DNA of 64,000 nucleotides from Octopus bimaculoides. Taxonomy: Eukaryota. The DNA lies in NCBI RefSeq assembly GCF_001194135.2, contig NC_068989.1, positions 70,777,353 through 70,841,352 on the forward strand, read 5' to 3'. The notes under the pieces are model-generated. The model was not told the DNA's origin. It searched no databases and worked only from the letters and a program-made list of their open reading frames with translations. Positions 50,278 through 62,232 of the stretch are shown piece after piece. How positions within the stretch are numbered: position 1 is the stretch's first letter; the number at the start of each line of letters is the position of its first letter. Both the position numbers and the translations under genes were made by a program.

Positions 50278-50279
<2 letters not shown>
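49545..50279 (-). mobile_element. R4/Dong-clade LINE, zinc knuckle plus RLE endonuclease and 3' UTR
   Basis: GFVIAAQDQSLPTRNY; DPSCRICGK..DVVSGC..KEYLIRHDRLG; KWYRHHPEDVVSGEGITILWNFPI..NRPDIVIKD..CLLKDTSVPQDQNVSRKEYKKFSRYKDLQIEITKIWKLSTTIIPVVIGALGMI. Confidence 0.9.
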
Positions 50280-50350
<71 letters not shown>

Positions 50351-50863
50351 TAGTTTTATTTTTATAACGTGCTTTCACTTCACTACCGNNNNNNNNNNNN
50401 NNNNNNNNNNNNNNNNNNNNNNNNNNNNNNNNNNNNNNNNNNNNNNNNNNNNNNNNNNNNNNNNNNNNNNNNNNNNNNNNNNNNNNNNNNNNNNNNNNNN
50501 NNNNNNNNNNNNNNNNNNNNNNNNNNNNNNNNNNNNNNNNNNNNNNNNNNNNNNNNNNNNNNNNNNNNNNNNNNNNNNNNNNNNNNNNNNNNNNNNNNNN
50601 NNNNNNNNNNNNNNNNNNNNNNNNNNNNNNNNNNNNNNNNNNNNNNNNNNNNNNNNNNNNNNNNNNNNNNNNNNNNNNNNNNNNNNNNNNNNNNNNNNNN
50701 NNNNNNNNNNNNNNNNNNNNNNNNNNNNNNNNNNNNNNNNNNNNNNNNNNNNNNNNNNNNNNNNNNNNNNNNNNNNNNNNNNNNNNNNNNNNNNNNNNNN
50801 NNNNNNNNNNNNNNNNNNNNNNNNNNNNNNNNNNNNNNNNNNNNNNNNNNNNNNNNNNNNNNN

Positions 50864-50896
<33 letters not shown>

Positions 50897-50899
<3 letters not shown>

Positions 50900-51262
50900 G
50901 TAAGTCTTGGTGGTTTGGTTATGTATTTGTGTATATGTTTTTTAACCGTGCCTAGTACATCTGTTATTATAGGGCTTGAAGCCATACATTCAGGTTAAAT
51001 CTATTTATAAATCTTTGTATTTCGAGAGCTTCTACGTTTCTTTTAGAAATACATTGACATCTATTGGAACTGATATGTCGATTAGAAGGCATTATTTTTA
51101 TTGGTTGTCCCTGACAACAATATCTAGCCAGTTGGCCTTGATCTCTCTATCTGTGTTTATTAGCAGCATGTCCCAAAATATGGTTGCTTTGTCATTTTCT
51201 GAGACCTTTTCTGGGGTATACCATTACCATTTGGTGATCACTCGTTACGACGTCATTTTCTC
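50897..51262 (-). mobile_element. Third R4/Dong-clade RLE fragment
   Basis: YTPEKVSENDKATIFWDM..TDREIKANWLDIVVRD..CLLIDISVPIDVNVFLKET*KLSKYKDL..VLGTVKKH. Confidence 0.8.
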
Positions 51263-51637
51263 CATTTTGGGGGGAAGACAATCTCTCCTGACGATGTACT
51301 ATATAATACGGTAGAAAAAAGAAAAAAATACATATATACAGCATCTGAAAAACAGGTTGGATGGTCAAATTTGGGGTGATTTGATGATATCATTGTTTAT
51401 TCAGAGATCAGTTGAATTGCTAAAATAAATCTAAAATAAAAATCTAAAAAAATTGTTTGAAATATTTATTTTTAAACAACTGTTTAACGCGCCAGAAAAT
51501 GTAACGGAATTTATTTTAAAAATAAAGAACAACATGAACATCATCATCATCATCATTGTTATTATCAATAACGACGGCAGTAACAATTATATCTTAAGAA
51601 ACCACTTTTAAGAATCATACACTCACACATATACTCA

Positions 51638-51725
<88 letters not shown>

Positions 51726-52666
51726 NNNNNNNNNNNNNNNNNNNNNNNNNNNNNNNNNNNNNNNNNNNNNNNNNNNNNNNNNNNNNNNNNNNNNNNNNNN
51801 NNNNNNNNNNNNNNNNNNNNNNNNNNNNNNNNNNNNNNNNNNNNNNNNNNNNNNNNNNNNNNNNNNNNNNNNNNNNNNNNNNNNNNNNNNNNNNNNNNNN
51901 NNNNNNNNNNNNNNNNNNNNNNNNNNNNNNNNNNNNNNNNNNNNNNNNNNNNNNNNNNNNNNNNNNNNNNNNNNNNNNNNNNNNNNNNNNNNNNNNNNNN
52001 NNNNNNNNNNNNNNNNNNNNNNNNNNNNNNNNNNNNNNNNNNNNNNNNNNNNNNNNNNNNNNNNNNNNNNNNNNNNNNNNNNNNNNNNNNNNNNNNNNNN
52101 NNNNNNNNNNNNNNNNNNNNNNNNNNNNNNNNNNNNNNNNNNNNNNNNNNNNNNNNNNNNNNNNNNNNNNNNNNNNNNNNNNNNNNNNNNNNNNNNNNNN
52201 NNNNNNNNNNNNNNNNNNNNNNNNNNNNNNNNNNNNNNNNNNNNNNNNNNNNNNNNNNNNNNNNNNNNNNNNNNNNNNNNNNNNNNNNNNNNNNNNNNNN
52301 NNNNNNNNNNNNNNNNNNNNNNNNNNNNNNNNNNNNNNNNNNNNNNNNNNNNNNNNNNNNNNNNNNNNNNNNNNNNNNNNNNNNNNNNNNNNNNNNNNNN
52401 NNNNNNNNNNNNNNNNNNNNNNNNNNNNNNNNNNNNNNNNNNNNNNNNNNNNNNNNNNNNNNNNNNNNNNNNNNNNNNNNNNNNNNNNNNNNNNNNNNNN
52501 NNNNNNNNNNNNNNNNNNNNNNNNNNNNNNNNNNNNNNNNNNNNNNNNNNNNNNNNNNNNNNNNNNNNNNNNNNNNNNNNNNNNNNNNNNNNNNNNNNNN
52601 NNNNNNNNNNNNNNNNNNNNNNNNNNNNNNNNNNNNNNNNNNNNNNNNNNNNNNNNNNNNNNNNNN

Positions 52667-53580
52667 ATTCAGGGACCTTTTGAGCGGAACGGGCTATTCG
52701 ACCTGAAGAAAATTCTAACTGGGCCCCACCTGCGAGGTCATGCGCTGTTTATCTCGATATGACATCACCATGTCGCGCACATATGGTTGTGATGCATGTG
52801 CCTGGTGTACCCTTATCAGACGGGTAGTCATGATGGGTATAATGGGCTTCGTATATTTTACCCCAGTGTCACTTTGATGGCATGCACTGCTCTCTCACTC
52901 AATAATAATAATAATAATAATGCGTGCCCTGATTTAGTACCAAACACTGGCTCATGGCTTCTGATCTTAACTGATTGGAAGTGTTCTCATGTACATGTTT
53001 TGTCTTGGTGTTAGAGATGGGCTACAGCAAATAATCTGCTCAGTACAGCAGATTTGCTTGTCAGTTGCTTGACCTTAACCAGTTGAGCATCATAGCCATG
53101 CGTTGAGAGGAATTCTTTGGGGTTTGAATAGTTCACTCCTGGGAATATGGATGTTACGTTCATCATCCTTCAACAACCCTTATTCAGGGACAATGTGAGC
53201 GAGATGATCTACTCGACCTGAAGAAAATTCTAACTGGGCCCCACCTGCAAGGTTATATGCTGTTTATCTTGATATGAGATCATCATGTCACGCACATATG
53301 GTTGTGATGTTTGTGCCTGATGTGCTCTTTACAGACGGGTAGTCATGATGGGTATATTGGGTTTCGTATATTTGTACCCTAGTGTCACTTTGACGGCATG
53401 CGCTGTTCTCTTACTCAATAATAATACTAGCTGTTTATCTTGATATGAGATCACCGTGTCGTGCACATATGGCTGTGATGCATGTGCCTGGTGTACCCTT
53501 ATCCAACGGGTATATCGGATTTCGTATATTTGTATCCCGGCATCACTTTGATGGCATGCGCTGCTCTCTCACTCAATAAT
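52667..53580 (+). mobile_element. Three tandem copies of a retroposon 3' end with (AAT)n tails
   Basis: The unit ...gctgtttatcttgatatgagatcaccatgtcgcgcacatatggttgtgatgcatgtgcctggtgtaccc...gtcactttgatggcatgc.ctgctctctcactcaataat ends at about 52921, 53428 and 53580. Confidence 0.8.
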
Positions 53581-54861
53581 GGCTTCAAATTTTGGTACAA
53601 GGAAGGAGCTGCGTCGACATAATAGACCCCAGTTATTTTAACGACCCCGAAAAGATGAAAGGCAAAGTCAGACTCAGTGGAATTTAAGCTCAGGTCGTAA
53701 AGACGGACCGAAATGCCGCTAAGTATCTTCATCATCGTCGCCATCACCGCCACCATCGCTATCGTCGTCGCCATTATCATCATCATCATCACCAACGTCA
53801 TCGTCATCGTCGTCAATGTCCTCGTCGTCGTCGTCGTCGTCGTCATCATCATCATCAGCATCATCATCAGTGTCGTCTTTTATCGTCTTTTATTGTTTCT
53901 GTTTGATGATAAAATAAATACGAGTAAGATATCGAGATCAATTCTATCGACTTCTAATATCACCCCACCCCACCCCTACACTCCCATCCCCATACCACAC
54001 ATCGCCACCCCAGCCCACACCCAACATCGAAATTTGGCTCAACGCCTAATAAACATATCGTCATTTATCACCTCTCGCNNNNNNNNNNNNNNNNNNNNNN
54101 NNNNNNNNNNNNNNNNNNNNNNNNNNNNNNNNNNNNNNNNNNNNNNNNNNNNNNNNNNNNNNNNNNNNNNNNNNNNNNNNNNNNNNNNNNNNNNNNNNNN
54201 NNNNNNNNNNNNNNNNNNNNNNNNNNNNNNNNNNNNNNNNNNNNNNNNNNNNNNNNNNNNNNNNNNNNNNNNNNNNNNNNNNNNNNNNNNNNNNNNNNNN
54301 NNNNNNNNNNNNNNNNNNNNNNNNNNNNNNNNNNNNNNNNNNNNNNNNNNNNNNNNNNNNNNNNNNNNNNNNNNNNNNNNNNNNNNNNNNNNNNNNNNNN
54401 NNNNNNNNNNNNNNNNNNNNNNNNNNNNNNNNNNNNNNNNNNNNNNNNNNNNNNNNNNNNNNNNNNNNNNNNNNNNNNNNNNNNNNNNNNNNNNNNNNNN
54501 NNNNNNNNNNNNNNNNNNNNNNNNNNNNNNNNNNNNNNNNNNNNNNNNNNNNNNNNNNNNNNNNNNNNNNNNNNNNNNNNNNNNNNNNNNNNNNNNNNNN
54601 NNNNNNNNNNNNNNNNNNNNNNNNNNNNNNNNNNNNNNNNNNNNNNNNNNNNNNNNNNNNNNNNNNNNNNNNNNNNNNNNNNNNNNNNNNNNNNNNNNNN
54701 NNNNNNNNNNNNNNNNNNNNNNNNNNNNNNNNNNNNNNNNNNNNNNNNNNNNNNNTAAATTAAGTACCAGTTACGCACTGGGGTCGATGTAATCGACTTA
54801 ATCTCTTTGTTTGTCCTTGTTTGTCCCCTCTATGTTTAGTCCCTTGTGGGCAATAAAGAAA

Positions 54862-55455
54862 TAAGAAGCTTGCTTCCCAACAACATGGTTCCAGGTTCAG
54901 CTCCACTGCATGGCCTCTCGGGTAACTGTCTTCTACTATAGCCTTAGGTCAAGCAAATCCTTGTGAGTGGATTTGGTAGACGGAAACTGAAAGAAGCCCG
55001 TCGTGTACGAAGGGGTGCTGAAAAGTTCCTGGCTTTAAGGGTATTGCGAAAAGCCTGCTTGGAGGCCTAACCTTCCGAATTCTTTTACAAGGCTTAAAAA
55101 AAAACCGAGAAGGGAATGCGTTGAATAAAATCATAATTAAGTGATCCTCCTGTATCTTCTTTTACCCACAATTAGGAACTTTTCAATACCCCACCGTATA
55201 AATTTATCTATCTATATGTGTATGTGTGTATGTGTGAGTTTGTGTGTGTGTGTGATTGTTCTCTACCACCGCTTGACAACTGTAGTTGGTGTGTTTACCT
55301 CTCCTTAACTTGGCAGTACGGCAAAACTGGTAGAATGAGTACCAGCATAGAAAAAAAAAAAAAACCAATTGGGATCGATTTGTTCCACTAAAGTTCTTCA
55401 AGGCAGTGCCCAAGCATGGCCGCAGTCTAATGACTGAAACAAGTAAAAGAAAAAA
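54862..55455 (+). mobile_element. SINE family A, full length, with an internal mariner MITE
   Basis: Head aagaagcttgcttcccaac..ggttcag, tail ggcagtgcccaagcatggccgcagtctaatgactgaaacaagtaaaag. Confidence 0.85.
55008..55196. mobile_element. Tc1/mariner MITE with TA duplication
   Basis: TA|cgaaggggtgctgaaaagttcct ... aggaacttttcaataccccaccg|TA; 23-bp TIRs with 4 mismatches. Confidence 0.8.
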
Positions 55456-56250
55456 AGATAATTTAGAAACATAACTTTGTCATTATTAAGCTAGTGTTCT
55501 GCCAAGGTCGACTTTGTCATTCATCCTTTCGGGATCGATAAAGATTAGTACCAGTGAAGCACTGAGGTTGATGTCGCCGACTAGTACACTCTCCCAGAAT
55601 TTCAAGCCTTGTGCTTATAGTCGAAAGGATTATTAAGCTGGCGTTCGAAACATAAACTTACATGAAGTTATGAGTGGAGCCTTAATTTAGATTTAGATTC
55701 TTTTGACCCTATAGTTATCCTATTTCCATTGAAATATACTGTCTGTGGTTCAATTAATTTTGAAATTAATGAAGAATTAGGTGAAATAACTTTGTCACAA
55801 TTAAGTTTGTAATTGAAACAAAAATTGATATGAAATTTTAATGGAAAGTTTTAGATTTCTTTAACCCTGTTGTTAGAATATTTCTGTTGAAATATACTGC
55901 CTACGTTTCAACTAATTTTGAAAATAATGAACAATTTAGTAAAATGATTTACTCATTATCAAGATGGTGTTTGGAACATAGCACGAAATTTCGATGAAAG
56001 GTTTTAATTTAAACCACTTCAGCCTTTTTGTTACCATATTTCTGTTGAAATATACCGCCTTCGTGTCAATTAATTTTTGAAAATGAAAAGTTTTGCAAAA
56101 TAACTTTGTCTTTTTAAAATTTGGTGGCTGGAACATATATTAATATGAAATTTTGAAGGAATATTTTAAGTTGTATCGCTTTAAAACAGAAAACCTGTAT
56201 CATAGAAACAGGGGAGGTCTCAGGCAGTGTGGTATCAAATGGATTAAGCG
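55455..56250. mobile_element. Tandem/nested copies of the piggyBac-like MITE family, with a SINE B fragment at about 55500-55635
   Basis: The unit tttctgttgaaatatactgcc...tcaattaattttgaaa..atgaa...aaaataactttgtc repeats at about 55.71, 55.86 and 56.02 kb; TTAA|CCCT at about 55861. Confidence 0.65.
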
Positions 56251-59059
56251 GTGCCACATCATCGAAAAATTATGATTAACTCCAGTACTCCTCGTGGTGC
56301 ATTGTTTTTAGCATGCTCTTCAGATATAAGGGATTCTGACGGTGAGTCTCACAGGTCGTTGCAACGGAGGGATGCTACAGAAGTCTTTGACTTGGTGTAG
56401 TGTAATCAGGGCAAAACGATTCGATAGAACCATTCCCACAGGGAGTGTTAAAATTAAAATTTAAAATTCGCTTTTCATCTATTTTTTTGAGGAGTCAAAG
56501 TTTTCGTCGAACCACGGTAATCTGGTCTCTGGTGCAATTCTACTGCAACTGTTCTTGTCTGTCTCCATTTCATTCTTTCTATCTGGGATCTTTATGGTCA
56601 TTCATACGTACAACCTGTATTAACATACATATCATATCAATATTTTATGTATGCGTATAAAAGGTTCTTTCTATAGAGGTTCATCGTATGACTATCTGTA
56701 TATACATATATACTTAAAAATGATCTAAATCTACATAGGCCTGGGAGTCGTTCTCTCCTTCAAACTTGATACTAAATTTTGATGTTTTCCATATATAACT
56801 GCTTTCCCCGCAAAATTGCACTTCATCTTCGAAGCTTCGATGAATCACTCGACAATGAATGCATTGCATCTTATAGCAGAAATAACTGTAAGCCAGTGAA
56901 GGCTCGTTACATAATTTCTTGTTCCCGTGTCATTCATATAATTTCTTATATGTACCCCCCCCCCCCACACACACACACATTAAATATCAGTGGTAACCCT
57001 AAGACCATTTGACTGTGTGTTATAGTGCAGAGCTGTTCCTACCCAGCGATATCTCTTTACAGCCAGGTGAACTGAGCTGGGACGCAAATGTGCAGATCAC
57101 GAAAACAACAAAATGTTATTGATAATGCACAAACTTCTGACCTACTGGGCCGGTTGTCCGCTAACCAATCGGTTGGCATAGTCGTTAGAACGTCGGATAA
57201 AATGCCTCCAGTATTTAGAAAACGGCTTTTATTTCTGAGTTCAAATCCTGTTGAGGTCTTTGCTTTCCATTCTTTCAAGGGTCGGTAAAATAATGTACTA
57301 GTCGAGTACCGAGGTTGCTTTATATCGCTTATAATACACTCCAGCTGCAAATAGAATTACAATAGAAGATAAACTAAAAACTAAGCCACCTGTGATCTCA
57401 AATCTCAGATGATTTACACAAAATATACGATGGAAAGTCGAGCTGAAATTAGATTCGATCAACCGTCCTCTACTTTAAGCTCTACATTGTTTCAACGAAT
57501 GACCTTAATACGTGGTTTCCTCATAGCAACACAACATAAATTTGTTTGATGATATTAAGACAAATTATAGCTATTGGTTTCAAATATCTAAACTGGGTAT
57601 ATATCTTAAAACTCCAAAACACTTCAAAGTTCATAAGCGAAGACGTATCAATTGCAGAATCTTATTTTGTATATCAGCTGAGTAAACTGTTAGTTAACTT
57701 TTAGCACTAGTGTGTATCCATTATCATAAAAAGTTATGTCTGTTTTATGTGATCTTGATTGAATTGTAATTTCAGATTCGTCTCGAGAATTTTCGTAAGA
57801 GTTACGAAATTTTTGTCTTTTCCATTATTCTTTCTTGAATTTAAATCTTGGATCTTTTCTGTTTGACTGCCACTTTTCAATTTCTTCAACTTTTGTTCCA
57901 ATTGATTTCATATTTGGTGTATTGGTGTAGTTTTGTAAAGTAAGCATTGACATGAAATTCATTTTGACCATAAATCAATAAATAAAGAGTTAATAGCTTT
58001 TAAAGTTAGCAAATTTCGGGTAATTTTAGCCAATCGAAAGCCACAGACATGTAAGTGCCTGTTTCCATAGTAACAAGCCAAGCTGTTACCATGTTTACCG
58101 CATGTTCTTTTTTTCACTTATTAAATACTTAAAACACATGTGATATGAGATGTGCTAAAATTAACAGTTGAATAGTCTTTAANNNNNNNNNNNNNNNNNN
58201 NNNNNNNNNNNNNNNNNNNNNNNNNNNNNNNNNNNNNNNNNNNNNNNNNNNNNNNNNNNNNNNNNNNNNNNNNNNNNNNNNNNNNNNNNNNNNNNNNNNN
58301 NNNNNNNNNNNNNNNNNNNNNNNNNNNNNNNNNNNNNNNNNNNNNNNNNNNNNNNNNNNNNNNNNNNNNNNNNNNNNNNNNNNNNNNNNNNNNNNNNNNN
58401 NNNNNNNNNNNNNNNNNNNNNNNNNNNNNNNNNNNNNNNNNNNNNNNNNNNNNNNNNNNNNNNNNNNNNNNNNNNNNNNNNNNNNNNNNNNNNNNNNNNN
58501 NNNNNNNNNNNNNNNNNNNNNNNNNNNNNNNNNNNNNNNNNNNNNNNNNNNNNNNNNNNNNNNNNNNNNNNNNNNNNNNNNNNNNNNNNNNNNNNNNNNN
58601 NNNNNNNNNNNNNNNNNNNNNNNNNNNNNNNNNNNNNNNNNNNNNNNNNNNNNNNNNNNNNNNNNNNNNNNNNNNNNNNNNNNNNNNNNNNNNNNNNNNN
58701 NNNNNNNNNNNNNNNNNNNNNNNNNNNNNNNNNNNNNNNNNNNNNNNNNNNNNNNNNNNNNNNNNNNNNNNNNNNNNNNNNNNNNNNNNNNNNNNNNNNN
58801 NNNNNNNNNNNNNNNNNNNNNNNNNNNNNNNNNNNNNNNNNNNNNNNNNNNNNNNNNNNNNNNNNNNNNNNNNNNNNNNNNNNNNNNNNNNNNNNNNNNN
58901 NNNNNNNNNNNNNNNNNNNNNNNNNNNNNNNNNNNNNNNNNNNNNNNNNNNNNNNNNNNNNNNNNNNNNNNNNNNNNNNNNNNNNNNNNNNNNNNNNNNN
59001 NNNNNNNNNNNNNNNNNNNNNNNNNNNNNNNNNNNNNNNNNNNNNNNNNNNNNNTGGAT

Positions 59060-59313
59060 TGAACGAAATTTGAACTTAGAATGTAAAGACAGACGAAATT
59101 ATGCCAAGCATTTTCTCCGGCTTGCTAATGATTTTGTCACCTTAGAATTTATCGACTCCGAAAGGATGAAAGGCAAAGTCGATCTCAGCGGAATTTGAAC
59201 ACAGAACATAGAAACCGGAAAAGAAGTCGTTTAGCATTGTGTCTAGTTCGCAAACGATTCTGCCGGCTAGTCAACTTATTATTTAGGTGACGAATCATTA
59301 TTATCATTATTAC

Positions 59314-59380
<67 letters not shown>

Positions 59381-60556
59381 TAGGCCACAATCTAGCAGAC
59401 TTGTTAGCAAGCCGAGCGCAATACTAACGGTATTTCGCCCGTCACTCCTTTCTGAGTTCAAAGACTTTGTCTTTCATTCTTTCGAGATCGATTAATTAAG
59501 TACCAGTGAAATACTGGGGTCGATGTAATCGACTTAATCCCTTTGTCTGCCCTTGTTTGTCCCCTCTATGTTTAGCCGCCTGTGGGCAATATAGAAATAA
59601 ATATTTAGGACGGCGAGCTGGCAGAAACGTTAGCACGCCGGGCAAAATACTTAGCGGTATTTCATCTGTCTTTACGTTTTGAGTTCAAATTCCGCCGAGC
59701 TCAACTTTGCCTTTCATCCTTTCGGGGTTGATAAATTAAATACCAGTTTCGTACTGGGGTCGATCTAAGCGATTGCCCCCTCCCTCAAAATTTCAGGCCT
59801 TGTGCCTAGAGTAGAAAAGAAAAGAACGCATGCTTAGCGGTATTTCGTCCGTCTTCACGTTCTGAGTTCAAATTCCGCTTAGGTCGACTTTGCTTTTCAT
59901 CCTTTCAAGGTCGATAAAATAAGTTGAGTACCGGGGTCGACATAATCGACTTACCCTTCCCCCGAAATTACTGGCCCTGTGCTAAAGTTTGAAATGAATT
60001 TATTATTATTAATCTAATTTTGGCTCAAAGCCAACAATTTTGAAAGGAGGGAAGAAGTCGTTTACAAAGGCGTCAGTACTTGACTGACGCTTTAGTTACC
60101 GACCCGGATTAATGAATGACAAAGTTGACCTCGACGAGATAGGAATTCAAAATGTAAAGTGCAAGAACAAATAGCCCAATGCACTTTTTTCAACGCTCTA
60201 ATGGTCCTGCCAGGTCGCTGACCTGATTTGCTAGACTAAAAGCCTCAGCTGTAGGACACTAAACAGTATACTTCAGGAAACACCGGCAAAGCAACAACGA
60301 AACACTTGTGTATGCCTATTATATTTGTGAAAAGTAAGTCGTGGAGCGAGTAGAATCGTTAGCACGCCGGACAAAATGCTTAGTGGCATTTCGTCCGTCT
60401 TAACGTTCTGATTTCATATTCCGCCGAGGTTGACTTTGTCTTTCATCTTTTTGGGGGTCGATGAAATAAGTACCAATTGAGTACTGGGATCTATGTAATC
60501 CACTAACTCCCTCCACCAAAAATTTCGGGCCTTGTGCCTCTGGTAGAATGGATTAT
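59060..60556. mobile_element. Dense cluster of six SINE family B copies
   Basis: Copies at about 59060-59275 (-), 59385-59600 (+), 59607-59820 (+), 59830-60000 (+), 60010-60215 (-) and 60345-60556 (+), all sharing gttctgagttcaaattccgccgaggtcgactttg.ctttcatcctttcggggtcgataaa. Confidence 0.85.
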
Positions 60557-61677
60557 ATTTGTGAAAAGTATAACGATTAAAACTTCGTTTAATAATTCGG
60601 TAAGAGCTTTTACGTTGCTCAAATTTGAGATTCCGAATGAACCCTAGGAAAATGAAACCTCTGGTTTTTCTGCTTCCGCTTTACTCATGTCGATATAACA
60701 GTACCAACGGGATAGAAAATATTTGTGTAAAGCATTCAAAACGATAAAACACACACATACGTCGCGCACGCACACATACACATACACGTCGCGCACGCAC
60801 ACATACACACACTCGTCGCGCATGCACACATACACACACTCGGCGCGCACGCGCACAAACACACACACTCGTTGAGCACACGCACAAACACACACACACA
60901 CACACACACGTACACACACACACGTACACACACACACACGTACACACACACACGTACACACACACACAAATACACACACACATAAAAGACCAAGAATAAG
61001 TTCTTTAAACTATAGAATAACTGTTGATCCTAGAATACAATTATTCCATTTTTATGGAATACTCAATGAAATTGGAAGAAATAAGATTCCTATTTATCAA
61101 AAAAAAATAATAAAATAAAATTAAGGATAAACAAACAAAAAAAGTAGCGTTCTATAACATTGTGGTACATTGGAATCTTGTTCTGTAAGAGAAATATACC
61201 CTTACCCCATCCCAACCAACAGCGATGTTGCTGTTTTCGTTATCTTTGTTGTTGCTGTTTTCGTTATCTTTGTTGTTGCTGTTATGATTAGTGTTGATTG
61301 GTTTGTTTTTTGAAGATCGATAATCTAGCTGTGTGTCGCTGCCAGCGATAATAAATCGTAATAGAACTTCTGCTTGACGTTCATCTGCATTAGCATATAT
61401 TTGTATTATTTTTGTGTGTGTTGCTTGCATCGTCTCTTATTCATATGTACATTTGTAAAGAGGAAAAACCAAACTACGGCTTATCTACTCACCGTTGTAA
61501 AAACATCATATGCAATAAAAACTATAAATCAGACTAATTTGAAAATTTTGATGTGATAGCTTAGAAAGACATCAGGAAAGTGCCAGATAAAAGACGTATT
61601 TTTTTCTGAATGCCGAGGAGAGCTATACTCTATTGAACTGGTACAGATAAAATAAATAACAGTAATATCCACTTACG

Positions 61678-62232
61678 GCTATACTTGGGGATGGTCATAT
61701 TTTGCCATTAAACACACGCACTATATGTTTGATGTTTACTTCAGCTTTTTGGCAGAATCGTAGCATTTCGTCCGTCTTGGCGTTCTAAGCTCGAATGCCG
61801 CCTTTCATCCTTTGGGGTTCGATAAAATAAGTACCAGCACTGGGGGCGACTTAATCGACTTACCCCATCCCTCGAAATTGCTGGCCTCGTGCTAAAATCT
61901 GAAATCATCATTATTATTACTATTATTATCATTATTATTATCATTATTATTATTATTATTGTTGTTGTTGTTGTTGTCTCTTTGTTAAAGTTCTTTCGTC
62001 GCACGTTCTGTGACCTCTTCAATGACTATTTATTCGACGTGTCTCCTCTTGTTCAGCTTAGACAGAAAGACAGAATGGACTAAGCTGAACAAGAGGAAAC
62101 ATATGGGATAAAGAATCGCTAAGAGGTTACATAATGTGTGACGAAAGATCTTTAATAAAAAAAAAACAATAATAATAATTATTATTATAAAGCTGAAGTA
62201 AAGACCAAACATATAGTGCGTATGTTTAATGG
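61678..62232. mobile_element. Foldback element with two inverted hammerhead-like units; SINE B (about 61750-61905) inserted in the left arm
   Basis: ccattaaacacacgcactatatgtttg..tttacttcagcttt (61705-) pairs with aaagctgaagtaaa..caaacatatagtgcgtatgtttaatgg (-62232). The inner arms pair over ~83 bp, with a perfect 18-bp core tcctcttgttcagcttag/ctaagctgaacaagagga around an 18-nt loop. Confidence 0.85.

Noticed and set aside
52667-53580. Repeat-spacer-like appearance as a possible CRISPR array (also 59.4-60.5 kb)
   Set aside because: Units are 150-500 bp diverged retroposon copies in eukaryotic DNA; no constant short repeat, unique spacers or cas genes.
56780-56950. Minus-strand SLHWLTV motif suggestive of an L2 RT tail
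   Set aside because: Single short motif with no supporting flanking motifs.
60595-60640. gagc...gctc stem flanked by cggtaa and aaat as another hammerhead
   Set aside because: Core too degenerate (no CUGANGA or GAAA) to support.
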